Shown here: positions 42,900-52,805 of the stretch, one piece after another
Layout of the letters: the number at the start of each line of letters is the position of its first letter
Numbering within the stretch: position 1 is the first letter of the stretch
Assembly: GCA_963707985.1 (NCBI GenBank)
Contig: CAVPRW010000007.1
Location: forward strand, 64,001 to 128,000
Source: an uncultured Nitrospinota bacterium
Lineage (GTDB): Bacteria > Tectomicrobia > Entotheonellia > J063 > CAVPRW01
Direction of reading: 5' to 3'
Length of the DNA: 64,000 bases
Notes under the pieces: generated by a model
What the model was told of the DNA's origin: nothing
Databases searched by the model: none
Seen by the model: only the letters and a program-made list of their open reading frames with translations
Position numbers and translations under genes: made by a program

Positions 42900-43620
42900 C
42901 CTCTCAAGAAACTGGAGAAGGAACTGGTTGATTCGGAACGAGTTGGAGATTCAATGCTCGGGCCTGGCGTTGGAGCCACTGGCAGTCGGCGAAATCGGTT
43001 TTGCGGCCGGGCCGGTGTTTGGCGTGGCGGGCGTTGACCAAGTGGACGGCAAAACCCCGCGCTGCCAGGATTTGGCAGAGGGGGATCCAGTACACCCCCG
43101 TGCGTTCCAGGACCACGGTATCGAGGTGGCAGGCTTGGAGCCAGTCGGCCAAGGCATGGAGGTCGGCCGTCAAGCGAGCACACCGGCGCACGGGCTCTGG
43201 CGAGCGATCCGGGGGGACGGCGACGTCGTGCTCGGCACTGCCCACGTCGATCCCGGCGGCATGGAGATGCAGCGGCGGCAGTCCAGCGGTCGGATCAAGG
43301 GGCCGTTGGGGTGTAGCATGTTTTTTGCGGGTGCTGGGCATCGTCGTCCTTTCGGTGTTGGTAGCGTGACGTGCAAGGGCGCGGTTCGGCCCGGGTGCGG
43401 ATCGGGATGAGCGTCTCTCAAACGGGGTCGAGGTCTTCATCACAGGCGGATGAAGCACCTGCCACCACACACGTAACCGCCAGGGCACCGGAGCCATGCG
43501 AACCAACGGGCATAGCAAGCCCCAAGGAAGCGTCGGCCTGAGCTTGTCGATCCGCGTCGACGTCCACGATGCCACAACGCACCCAAAGCCCCAAGTTTCT
43601 TCCACACGTCACAGCACCGA
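42900..43620 (-). mobile_element. Internally deleted IS110-family element (truncated transposase 42904-43341 plus 5' non-coding end)
   Basis: RuvC-like DEDD: GIDVG, LERTGVYW, KTDFAD, fused directly to a C-terminal RQARALNLQLVP. Confidence 0.75.
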
Positions 43621-44116
43621 AGGGTGTTGTGCACGCTAACCAGGCCGTGCACGTGACCGCCGCCCGTGTGCGGATTCTGCTGAACGTGAAAGGACACGTC
43701 AGGGCGGCGGTGCGTGACGGCAGGCATTGGGCGTCAAGAGTGCGGAACGTACACGTTCGACCCGTTCCGGACTTTCCGGTTGGCGCAGAGCGGACATTCA
43801 GTCTGTGGAAGCAGACGCCCGAATGCGTCAACGCGGACCTCACTGGCGCGCTGCTCACGGAGCGCCTGCGTGGGGCATGGGGACCGGGAGCAGGGTAGTG
43901 AAGTTGAGCCTGCCCACGGTCTGGGCGTACCAATCCTCTGCTCGAGGACGTCGGAGCGCACTGATAGCCGGGAGAGCTCTGATGGGTCGGCCGCGAACTT
44001 CAAGCGGCTCAATGGAGACGCAGCCACCCATAGATTCACGTGCCTGACACCCTCGTCTGTCGGCTGATTGACCCGTCGACTTCCTTAGTACTGGCGGCCA
44101 GAAATACGGTGACGTA

Positions 44117-44188
44117 TCGTGCGCGTACTCGTCATCGAAGAACCCATTCAAGGCGGCAGAACGATTACGAGTACGCGTACGAGCACGA
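44117..44188. repeat. REP-like inverted repeat
   Basis: TCGTGCGCGTACTCGTCATCG ... CGATTACGAGTACGCGTACGA, 19/21 complementary. Confidence 0.65.
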
Positions 44189-44292
44189 AGCGATACGTCG
44201 CCGAATTTATGCAACGGAGCACTTAGCGTAGCATCCTTTGCGCGCGGATTAGTTCATGGGACGGCGCATGAGGGCAGGAGGAGGAACGACCC

Positions 44293-45618
44293 ATGACGGC
44301 GGACTCTCGGCAGTCGGTTCGGGACCACATCTTCATCAGCTACCGCCGTGACGACGCGCGCGGCGCGAGCGGTCGACTTTACGACTGGCTGCGTATCGGC
44401 TTCGGGCGCGAACATGTGTTTCGCGACGTGCACAGCATCGGCGTCGGTAAGTGGCGCGACAAGATCGACGCCGCGTTGGCACGAAGCGCTGTCTGCGTGG
44501 CGGTCATCGGCCCGCGCTGGGCGAACGTCGACAACCTGCCCCGCCTCCAAGACGAAGGCGACATGGTGCGTCACGAGTTGGTCACGGCGCTCGGCAGCAA
44601 CGCAATCACGTTGGTGCCCACGTTGGTCGAAGGGCTCAAAGTCACGGACGTGCCGACGGAGAAGCTGCCATCGGAGCTGCGGCCGCTGTTCGCCGTGTGG
44701 AACGCTCGCGAAGTTACCGAGGACGGGTGGGAGGACGATACGCGCCGCCTCATTGCCGAGATTGCTGAGGCCAGCCGGCTGCCGGTGGGTCCCGACCTCG
44801 ACACCCTACTGCGCAACGCAGCCGCTGCGCAGCAGCGCGTGGTCGAACTCGAGCAGGCGCGCCATCTACAGTCCGACCACATCGACGCGCTGCGCCGAAC
44901 CGTCGAAGAGCTGAGGCGCAAGCTCGCGGACGCATCTGCCGGCGATCGTCCTGGCCTCGCCGCCGCGTTTGCTGCCTTGGCACAGGGCAACTCGCTCGTC
45001 GCCGAAGACGCCTTCGAGCGCGAATACGATGCGCAAAGCCGTACCGCCGAGGAGGCTCGCCAAACAATGGCGGAAGCCGCTCGCAACGTCGCCAACCTCG
45101 CGCTTCTTCACGATGTGGCCAAGGCGGTGTTCTTCTACGGTAAGGCGTTGGCCGCCGAGCCTGAACATGCCGAGACCGCCCGTCTGCTCGGCCATGCATT
45201 GATCCTACTCGGTGATCTGACCGGCGCGGAAGCAGCGTTGTCCCAGTCACTTCGCGTCGCAATCACGCAGGGGGACTCTTGGGGAGAAATGGCGGCGCAG
45301 CTCGGACTTGGCGATGTCTTTCAGAAGACGAAGGATCTCTCGGCCGCCAATCGTGCTTTCAGGGCGGCCCTCGGCCTTGCCGAGCAACGCCGGGCCACTG
45401 ATCCGGCCAACACCGAGTGGCAAACAGATGTCGCCGTGTCGTGCGCCAAGCTTGGCACACTCGATTACGGGCAGAGTATTGAGGCGCAGCACAATCACCT
45501 ACTGCACGGCAGAGAAATCTTGCTGAACCTCAAGTCTGCCGGGCGGTTGGCGGCGAATCAAGACTGGATTGGCTGGTTTGACGAGCAACTCGCCGAGCGG
45601 CCTTCGGGCCAGTCATGA
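44293..45618 (+). CDS. TIR domain - coiled coil - TPR protein
   Basis: IFISYRRDD, VFRDV, VIGPRW, VRHEL; TPR-like helices with DPANTEWQ. Confidence 0.82.
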   Translation: MTADSRQSVRDHIFISYRRDDARGASGRLYDWLRIGFGREHVFRDVHSIGVGKWRDKIDAALARSAVCVAVIGPRWANVDNLPRLQDEGDMVRHELVTALGSNAITLVPTLVEGLKVTDVPTEKLPSELRPLFAVWNAREVTEDGWEDDTRRLIAEIAEASRLPVGPDLDTLLRNAAAAQQRVVELEQARHLQSDHIDALRRTVEELRRKLADASAGDRPGLAAAFAALAQGNSLVAEDAFEREYDAQSRTAEEARQTMAEAARNVANLALLHDVAKAVFFYGKALAAEPEHAETARLLGHALILLGDLTGAEAALSQSLRVAITQGDSWGEMAAQLGLGDVFQKTKDLSAANRAFRAALGLAEQRRATDPANTEWQTDVAVSCAKLGTLDYGQSIEAQHNHLLHGREILLNLKSAGRLAANQDWIGWFDEQLAERPSGQS

Positions 45619-45794
45619 TGAAGGCGGTCACGTCGCGTCCAAGATCGCTGCCACTCTCTGAGTTCAGGTTCGTTCCTTTCCGAACCGAAAGCCGTGCACG
45701 CGTTGTCGCCGCGTTTGACGGCCGCTCATGACCCGGATTCGCGTGTTGAGAGTCCGCTATCGAGAACACTCTCTCTAGGCATTCGTTTCGTGCC

Positions 45795-46666
45795 TTATGA
45801 TGCAAGCGGGGCGCCGCGGCGCTTGTGGGTCGGCTCGGGCGGCAACTCATAGAGCTTGGCGCTGATTGGAAAATGCCCGACCCCATGGGCCGAAGCGGGA
45901 AATTGACGGACATAGTCCTTCGTGGCATAGCCACCATCGGCCAGGGTGCGGATTTGGCGTGTGGGTAACTGCTCGGCGATAAAATCGAGGATATCACGGG
46001 CCAACTGACTTCGAGAACGATACGGCACGTTGAGTTTTTGGGCTTGTGCAGGTTTGAGATAGAGTTCGAGGCCAACTGGCACGCTGAGGCGGTGGCCGGG
46101 CCAACATTTGAGGGGAATACGCATAATGCCCAGGACGAAGTTCAAGCCCCGAAGCGTCCGATATTCTTGCCTTGCTGAGCCCGCACCATTGCGGTAGCGG
46201 TCGAGCCCCTCAATATGGGTGCCAGCTTTTTTCTTGGTCGTATCGTCAAAGGCCACTCGAATGCCCTCGCTCTCGGGGACAAACCGGGAGGCTAGGCGGA
46301 TGACGGGACCCAGAGTTGCCATCGTCGGTCATCGAGGGGACAACCAAGGAACACATAGAATCGTGAAAAGTGCTTGGCCGTGGTGGCACCGGTGAGCCCG
46401 AGATACGTGGTGACGGTGTGGCGGTCACGGGCCAACGCCCAGCCGCAAGCCAAGTAGGTGAACGTTTGCCATGACGGAGTCGTCAAGATGCCTTGAAACA
46501 AGATCATGACAAAGAAGCCAAATGACGAGGCCAAAAAGGTGTCCACGGCACTATCCTCCAGAAAGCGTGTGTTGATGTCTGATGATACATTTTACCAAAT
46601 CGATGTTGCCGTGGCACTCTCATGGGCGGAGTCCCCTAGAGGGGGTGCAAAATCGCGAAACTAATG
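45795..46666 (-). mobile_element. IS701/IS4-like DDE transposase remnant (frameshifted, 3'-truncated)
   Basis: AFDDTTKKKAG, PVGLELY, LADGGYA. Confidence 0.7.
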
Positions 46667-46668
46667 TC

Positions 46669-47889
46669 TAGTGCTCTGTCAATTTTAAAAATTAGGGTTC
46701 CCTCAATGGGTCCCATCAGCGAAACTGGGGAGAACCAAGGAGGGTTCCCATGGAAAAAAAGTATATGGTTCGCCTGACAGACGAGGAACGAGAAACGTTG
46801 CGCGGTGTGATGAAAAAGCTGAAGGGTTCGTCTCAGCAAGTGCGGCGAGCGCACATGCTCCTCAAGGCCGATGCCAATGGCCCCAACTGGACAGATAAAA
46901 AAATTGCGGAAGCCTTTTCGTGTCGGACGCAAACGGTGGAAAACGTCCGGCAACGCCTCGTGACCGTCGGCTTCGAGAGCGCTCTGCACGGCGAAAAACC
47001 TCAGACCCCGCCCCGCCAAAAACGGCTGGATGGCGAGCCAGAAGCGCAGGTCATGGCGTGGCGTCTGGGCAAGCCTCCCAAAGGGTTCGCCAATGGGTCG
47101 TTGCGGTTATTGGCCGAGCAGGTCGTGGAGCTGGCCATCGTCGACGCGGTCAGCCATGAGACGCTGAGAAAAACGCGAAAAAAATGGCATGACGCCGCGC
47201 AAGATGCAGTCCTGGGTCATCCCTCCGGACGCCAACGGCGAATTTGTCGCGTGCATGGAACACGTGTTGGAGACGTACGCTCCGCCTTATGACGCTCGGT
47301 TTCCGGTGGTGTGCATGGACGAACAACCGGTGCAATGGCTGAAGGAAACTCGCGTGCCCATCGCCGCCACCGCACCATGCGCGTGTCGACTATGAAGACG
47401 AACGCGCGGGCACGACCAGCGTGTTCATGGTTGCCGAGCCGCTTCAGGGATGGCGCCATGTGCGCGTTCGCGCGCAACGCACCAACGTGGATTGGGCCTT
47501 GGAGATGGAGGCCCTGCTGCGGACGCGTGACGCGGAGGCGCGAAAAGTGCTCGTGGTCTGCGACAACTTCAACACGCACACGATGGGCGCGTTTGACGAG
47601 GCCTTTGCCGCGGAGCGGGCCCGGAAGCTGGTCCGGCGGCTCGAATGTCGGTACACGCCCAAGCACGGCAGTGGGCTCAACATCGCGGAAAATGAACTGA
47701 GTGCGCTGACGCGTCAATGTTGGCACGACCGCCGGTTTGGCGACACCACGCAACTTGCCGAGGAAACCGCCGCGTGGTCAACGTCCAGTAACGCGACGCA
47801 GCGCGGGGTCGATTGGCAATTCAACATCAACGACGCACGCACCAAACTCAAGTCCCTCTACCCTAAAATTAAAGATTGACAGAGCACTA
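46669..47889 (+). mobile_element. IS630-family element with terminal inverted repeats and TA duplication; transposase degenerate
   Basis: Left TAGTGCTCTGTCAATTTTAAAAATTAGGG and right CCCTAAAATTAAAGATTGACAGAGCACTA; HTH ORF, A7 slip site ~47178, MDE / CDN / NIAE motifs. Confidence 0.92.
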
Positions 47890-47946
47890 GCCAGATTCTT
47901 CGTCTCACTCAGCATGATTGAGAGACGATTGCAGCGCGCGGGATAC

Positions 47947-48387
47947 CTACGCGGTGACCTCCTCCAACTTTCTGGAATACTGTCCTTCCCACGCCCGTCG
48001 GTATCCGCCGGGTTCCTCGTAGTACACTTCGAGTCCATTGCCGTCGGGGTCGTTGAAGTAGACACCTACCGAGTGGGTATTTTCCCTGGTCCGCAGGATT
48101 TCCACCCCTTTCGCCTTGAGGTGGCGATACATTGCCTGCAAATCCTCGAAGGTAGCCATCTGCCAGGCGAAGTGGTTCGTCCCCACCTGGCTGCTGTCCG
48201 GCCCACAGGCGTCTGGTCCTATGCCTCTGATGGCCAGCTCGTGGGAGTGCTCCCTAGCGCTCAAGAAAACGGTGCCTCCCCGCCGATGAGTCACTTGCAG
48301 ACCCAGCACCTCGGTGTAGAACTTCTCAGACCGTTCCGCATCCCTTACCCGAATGTTGGCGTGCCCTAACTGCATTGGTTTGACCAT
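47947..48387 (-). CDS. VOC/glyoxalase family protein
   Basis: LGHANIRVRD, HELA, NHFAW, YFNDPDGNGLE. Confidence 0.88.
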   Translation of the reverse strand: MVKPMQLGHANIRVRDAERSEKFYTEVLGLQVTHRRGGTVFLSAREHSHELAIRGIGPDACGPDSSQVGTNHFAWQMATFEDLQAMYRHLKAKGVEILRTRENTHSVGVYFNDPDGNGLEVYYEEPGGYRRAWEGQYSRKLEEVTA

Positions 48388-48418
48388 GTCCTGTGTCTCC
48401 TGTTTTGGCATGCCCCGA

Positions 48419-49390
48419 TTACGCCCACACGGCGGCGACCCTGAAGGCCAGCTGTGTGTGGGACTCCCGCACGTCCACGATCTCCGCTGGTTTGTCCCCA
48501 ATGATCCCCAGGGCAATGATCCAATTCAGGATCTCATGGTCTCCTGACAGCTGGATTTCCTCGGGTGTAAGCTCCGCCAGCTTGCTGCCTCTACCGCACC
48601 GCACCAGCTCCAGGTAGCGCCGGTCAGTGTCTATATCGATAGCGCAACACTGGAACTTATGGGCCAAGAAGCTATGGGACCAACTGGAGGAGGCCACTAC
48701 CACCACTCGCTCTTGCCGGGTGTCCAAGAACCGGCGAATACCACGGCCCAGCTCATAGCAGCGGCGAGGTGTAGGCCGAGGCGGATAATCGGGCCCAGCC
48801 TCCTCACCATAGCAATTGACGAAAAAGGGCAGCAGCGGAAATTGCCCTTCGGGGTCCAAAAATACCATCGGATTGATGTGGGCGTGGGCCAGGCCCCATT
48901 CCCAGCCACGTAGGGCGCTTGAGGAAGCCAGGTCGAACCCATCACGGATGAGGTAATTGCGTAGATCACAGGCGAACTCTTTGGGACAGCGGAAGGAGTA
49001 TTTGGCTTCCGGTGGCGCTCCCCACAGGTTGACCCGGGCCGCGGGGCGGTGGAAGGGATAGCCCTCGACTTTGTCTCCGGTATAGATGCAGAAGGGTGGG
49101 AGGTTGTCCTGCAGGAAATTCTCCGCCTGATCGTCGCCGATGATCAGCAGCACGTCGGGGCTCCATGCATGCAGCCGGTCATGTAATTCCTTGAAGGACT
49201 CAACAACCCGCTGCTGGTCATACTTATCCTGACTGAGCCCATTATCCTGCCCTAACTCTTCCAGTAACTGGGGTGGAGGCTGATAATTGGGTATACGGGT
49301 AAACACCCGCTCGCGGCCTTTGCTCCACGCCTCTGGGGGAGTCAAGATGATCGGTCCGTGCGAGCAGCCTAGTCCTAAAATCTCAGCCAT
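48419..49390 (-). CDS. LigB/MhpB-like class III extradiol dioxygenase family protein
   Basis: LGCSHGP, IIGDDQAENF, ASSSWSH, HEILNW. Confidence 0.8.
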   Translation of the reverse strand: MAEILGLGCSHGPIILTPPEAWSKGRERVFTRIPNYQPPPQLLEELGQDNGLSQDKYDQQRVVESFKELHDRLHAWSPDVLLIIGDDQAENFLQDNLPPFCIYTGDKVEGYPFHRPAARVNLWGAPPEAKYSFRCPKEFACDLRNYLIRDGFDLASSSALRGWEWGLAHAHINPMVFLDPEGQFPLLPFFVNCYGEEAGPDYPPRPTPRRCYELGRGIRRFLDTRQERVVVVASSSWSHSFLAHKFQCCAIDIDTDRRYLELVRCGRGSKLAELTPEEIQLSGDHEILNWIIALGIIGDKPAEIVDVRESHTQLAFRVAAVWA

Positions 49391-49463
49391 CTCTACCTCC
49401 TGCTATGCTGAGCTCCGAACCACTGTCATGTGTGAGCACTCACCCTCACGGTTGCCCCGCCCA

Positions 49464-49880
49464 TTATGGCTTGAAAAACGCAAAGCATTTACTCGAGTTG
49501 AAGATATACGTCTGGATCAGCTCCGTCGCATCCGGCCGCCGCCCCATCTCGGCCATCGCTCCGGCCAGACACATCCAATTCAGCACCTCCTGTTGTCCGC
49601 TCTCCTCAAGCGCGGCCAAGGGGGTCTTCCGCCAGGTGTCGTAGAGCTGTCTCGCCTTTCTGAACTGGGCTACCAAGCCCTCGCGATGCCGTCGAGCCGC
49701 ACTGAGCCCTTCATCCGCGCCATATTCCTGCCGCATACCTTCCGGCCAACTCTCTGGGTGTCGGTATTGGTCGGGCAATCCAGGGTCCTGGAGGATCCCC
49801 TTCAAGATGCCAGCCATGTATTCATCCCTGCCCGCCAGGGCCGGATAATGTGTCACTCCCAGGCCCAAGATCTCTCCCAT
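49464..49880 (-). pseudogene. LigB-like paralog with a large in-frame internal deletion
   Basis: N-terminus LGVTHYP joined to C-terminus QQEVLNW...FNSSKCF in only 138 aa. Confidence 0.7.
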
Positions 49881-50032
49881 GGCGTGCCTCCTTCTCCGTC
49901 CTCTTACGGAATGCTGCCTACTTTAAGTTCAAGGGCAATGCCATGCCCACAAATCGCTCAGTCGACGCATTCGCCGCTCGAAGCCGGCAGAGGCTCCGGG
50001 CTCTCACCTATTTGGTTCCCTGGGTGGGATGC

Positions 50033-51196
50033 TTAAGCACGCCGAGCGAAGTAGACCTCGGTGGCTTGCTTCAGGCCTGATAAGCGGCCGGCCTGCATGG
50101 TTTCCCTCCTTTCACTGGCCCAGTTACGAGAGGCAATGAGGCCAGTCAAGGTCCCTTGGAAATGGGGCATGACGTAGCGCGCCAGCAACTCATAGCTACG
50201 GAGGACCTTTTCCCGTGGTGCCCAGTCCTGCACCATCACCATAAAACCCCCAAAGCCGCCACTGATCTCTTGCAGTCGTTCGATACCGCCGATGCAGTCA
50301 TCCGGGGTACCCACAATCCACTGGTTGTGTTCGACCATGAAATCGATAATCTGGCCGGAGGGGACGTTGGGCACCTCGTTCCCCAAAGTCTGGTCAAAAT
50401 ACTCGGTTAGCACGCGGGCACCACCGACGCGAATGTCCTCAAACGCTTCTTTACGGCTCTCAGCCAGGTGGCAGCCCACTACCAAATGCCAATCCTCTCG
50501 CCGCACAGTTTGATCGTGCTCCGCTGCTGCCTCTTCAGCGATGGACCAAAGCTCCTTCAAGCTAGTCTTCCTGACCGTATCTCGGGGCACGCTCAGGGAC
50601 AGGACGGACGCCCCGTGCTTGCCGGCGAGTCGGGGGCCGGCAGGCGATTGCGCCGAAGCGATGGCAATGGGCATGTGAGGCTGTTGATAGGGCCGAAGCT
50701 GAAGCATCGCCTCTCGCAACTCAAACCAGTCGCTCTTGTATGTGATGGGCTCCGACTCGGTGAACAGCCGGACAATGATCCCGAGCGATTCGTCCATCAT
50801 CTCCCGCTGACGTTGTGGGTCGATACCTAGCATATAGGCATCAGACGTTAGGGCGCCGGGCCCCACGCCCAAGATCACCCGACCTCGGGTGAGGTGGTCC
50901 AGAAGCACCATGCGGCTGGCCACCATGTATGGGTGGTGATAGGGTAAGCTGACAACCCCGGTGCCCAGCCGGAGGTAGTGGGTGCGTCCAGCGGCGGCAG
51001 CGATAAACACTTCTGGTGAGGCGATAGTCTCCCAGCCCGCGGTATGGTGCTCGCCAATGTAGGCTTCGTCGAAACCCAACACGTCCAGCCATTGTAGTAG
51101 TTCCAGGTCGCGTTCCAGGGCCAGCGTCGGATTTTCGCCCACGCGGTGGAAAGGTGCCAGGAAGACCCCAAATTTCATTCTGTTGGGCTGCATCAT
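50033..51196 (-). CDS. LLM-class flavin monooxygenase (limonene monooxygenase-like)
   Basis: FGVFLAPFH, GEHHTAGWE, LPYHHP, SYELLARYVMP. Confidence 0.88.
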   Translation of the reverse strand: MMQPNRMKFGVFLAPFHRVGENPTLALERDLELLQWLDVLGFDEAYIGEHHTAGWETIASPEVFIAAAAGRTHYLRLGTGVVSLPYHHPYMVASRMVLLDHLTRGRVILGVGPGALTSDAYMLGIDPQRQREMMDESLGIIVRLFTESEPITYKSDWFELREAMLQLRPYQQPHMPIAIASAQSPAGPRLAGKHGASVLSLSVPRDTVRKTSLKELWSIAEEAAAEHDQTVRREDWHLVVGCHLAESRKEAFEDIRVGGARVLTEYFDQTLGNEVPNVPSGQIIDFMVEHNQWIVGTPDDCIGGIERLQEISGGFGGFMVMVQDWAPREKVLRSYELLARYVMPHFQGTLTGLIASRNWASERRETMQAGRLSGLKQATEVYFARRA

Positions 51197-51476
51197 CGTT
51201 TGCTTCTCCCGTTAAGCACTGTTAACAGCCAGTCTCCCTGAGACCGCCGAAGGAATGAAACCCAACTTGGCTGGTCATTTCTCCCAGCTCTCTGGGAAAC
51301 GCTCCTTGCCAGCCTCTCTCACACCAGCGAGCGTTGGGGTCCTCCGTACCCAGTTCCTGAGCTGAACACCGGGCAGAGGGCTGAACGTATGCCCTGTGCT
51401 GCGACGCTCCCGTGGGCAAGCAGAGGTATAAGCCGGTGCACCCACGGGAGCGTCGTGCCGGAGCAGACCGCTGGCC

Positions 51477-52313
51477 TTATTTGGCGACCGCCTCGACCAT
51501 CGCCCGCGCCGTGGAATCCACGTCAGGGAGCTTTGCGGCAATCAAGCCTTCATCCAGAGCGGCGGCAATGGTGGGATAACCAGCCCGGTTGAGCATCGCC
51601 CGCAGTTTTCCAGTCTTAAACTGGTCCATGGTCCACCGAAAGGCATCGGGCACCAGGGTCGTGTCCCAGAAAATACGCTCGTTTTTGGCCCGTGGACCAT
51701 AATGGTAATGTGGATACGTGCGGAAACAATCGAACGCCAGCAGTTCGATTTCCTGGCCGGCGACATCACCCAACACATGGATAGCAATGCCCCCGTCCTG
51801 TCCCACAGTGCGCATTTCTAGGCCAAAGCGGATATTCCCCGCCTCGATGATCTCCGTCCCCCGGTTATGCGTGACGGTGTTGCGCGCCTTGAGAGCCATT
51901 TCACATGCCTTGGACTCCACTTCGGGGAGTTTCTGCATGAGCAGATCGGGGTCTATCTGTACCGCCAGCTCACCATAACCGGCACGTGCCAGCATGGCTG
52001 GCAACTTGCTCCGAAGCTGGCTCATGGTCCATCGCATCGGGTTGCCCACCATCGTCGGGTCCAGCATGATGCGTACGTTCTTCTTCACCGGTTCATAATG
52101 GTAGTGGGGGCGATTGTCGAAGCAGTCGAAGCGCAACAGCTCCGTCTCCTTGCCGTCCACATTGCCTACGACCTGGATGCACACACCCTGGTCCGCGTCA
52201 TTACCGCCTCTCCCTCCAGCCCCCTGACTATGGGGTGCCCCGCCGTCCAGAAGGCGGTAGTGCAACGCAAAGCAGATCGGTCCGCAGGCGATTTTGGTAT
52301 TGCCGATGTCCAT
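51477..52313 (-). CDS. Hypothetical protein with two tandem copies of one domain
   Basis: ELL(R/A)FDCFxxxPHYHY...WTMxQ...AMLxRAGY occurs twice. Confidence 0.75.
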   Translation of the reverse strand: MDIGNTKIACGPICFALHYRLLDGGAPHSQGAGGRGGNDADQGVCIQVVGNVDGKETELLRFDCFDNRPHYHYEPVKKNVRIMLDPTMVGNPMRWTMSQLRSKLPAMLARAGYGELAVQIDPDLLMQKLPEVESKACEMALKARNTVTHNRGTEIIEAGNIRFGLEMRTVGQDGGIAIHVLGDVAGQEIELLAFDCFRTYPHYHYGPRAKNERIFWDTTLVPDAFRWTMDQFKTGKLRAMLNRAGYPTIAAALDEGLIAAKLPDVDSTARAMVEAVAK

Positions 52314-52537
52314 GATTAGCCTCCTCTACACAGCACTAGAAACTTGCTATCAGGAAGTGCAACACGACTCACACACAATTTTCCGTGGTTCTTCATCTGC
52401 GGCAAGTGACTGCGCCTATCCGGCCTATTGCCAACCACCTGAGCCTTGTGGCCTCCTCCGCCGTTATCTCCCCTGCAACCCACTGCGACGCAGACAACGG
52501 GACACTGGCGCACACCCTAAGCCTCTTCACTACTAAG

Positions 52538-52553
52538 GGCAATTTTGGTGCCG
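52538..52553 (-). promoter_or_regulatory. Sigma-54 promoter candidate
   Basis: CGGCACCAAAATTGCC = GGCAC-N5-TTGC. Confidence 0.65.
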
Positions 52554-52629
52554 AAGCTCGGTGGGCACTGAATTCACGGTATTTGCTGCGATTGGAGATG
52601 ATCGGAGTTTGAGTACGGAATGATCGTCG

Positions 52630-52703
52630 TGTCGTATTTCACGACAGAAATAGTCCAAAACCGTTTTTGGCGGCCCATGAACGTATTGTCCTGAAATGCG
52701 ACA
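52630..52703. promoter_or_regulatory. Paired 17-bp palindromic enhancer-like boxes
   Basis: TGTCGTATTTCACGACA (52630, perfect 6-bp arms) and TGTCCTGAAATGCGACA (52687). Confidence 0.6.
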
Positions 52704-52805
52704 GTGCCTGATTCTAACGGCCAATCTCAGCACCGTTGATGGGAGGCCGTCGGGACGGTTGTAGTGGTAGCTAATTCAGTGGAAGAGTTCCTGGACGGAC
52801 GGCGT

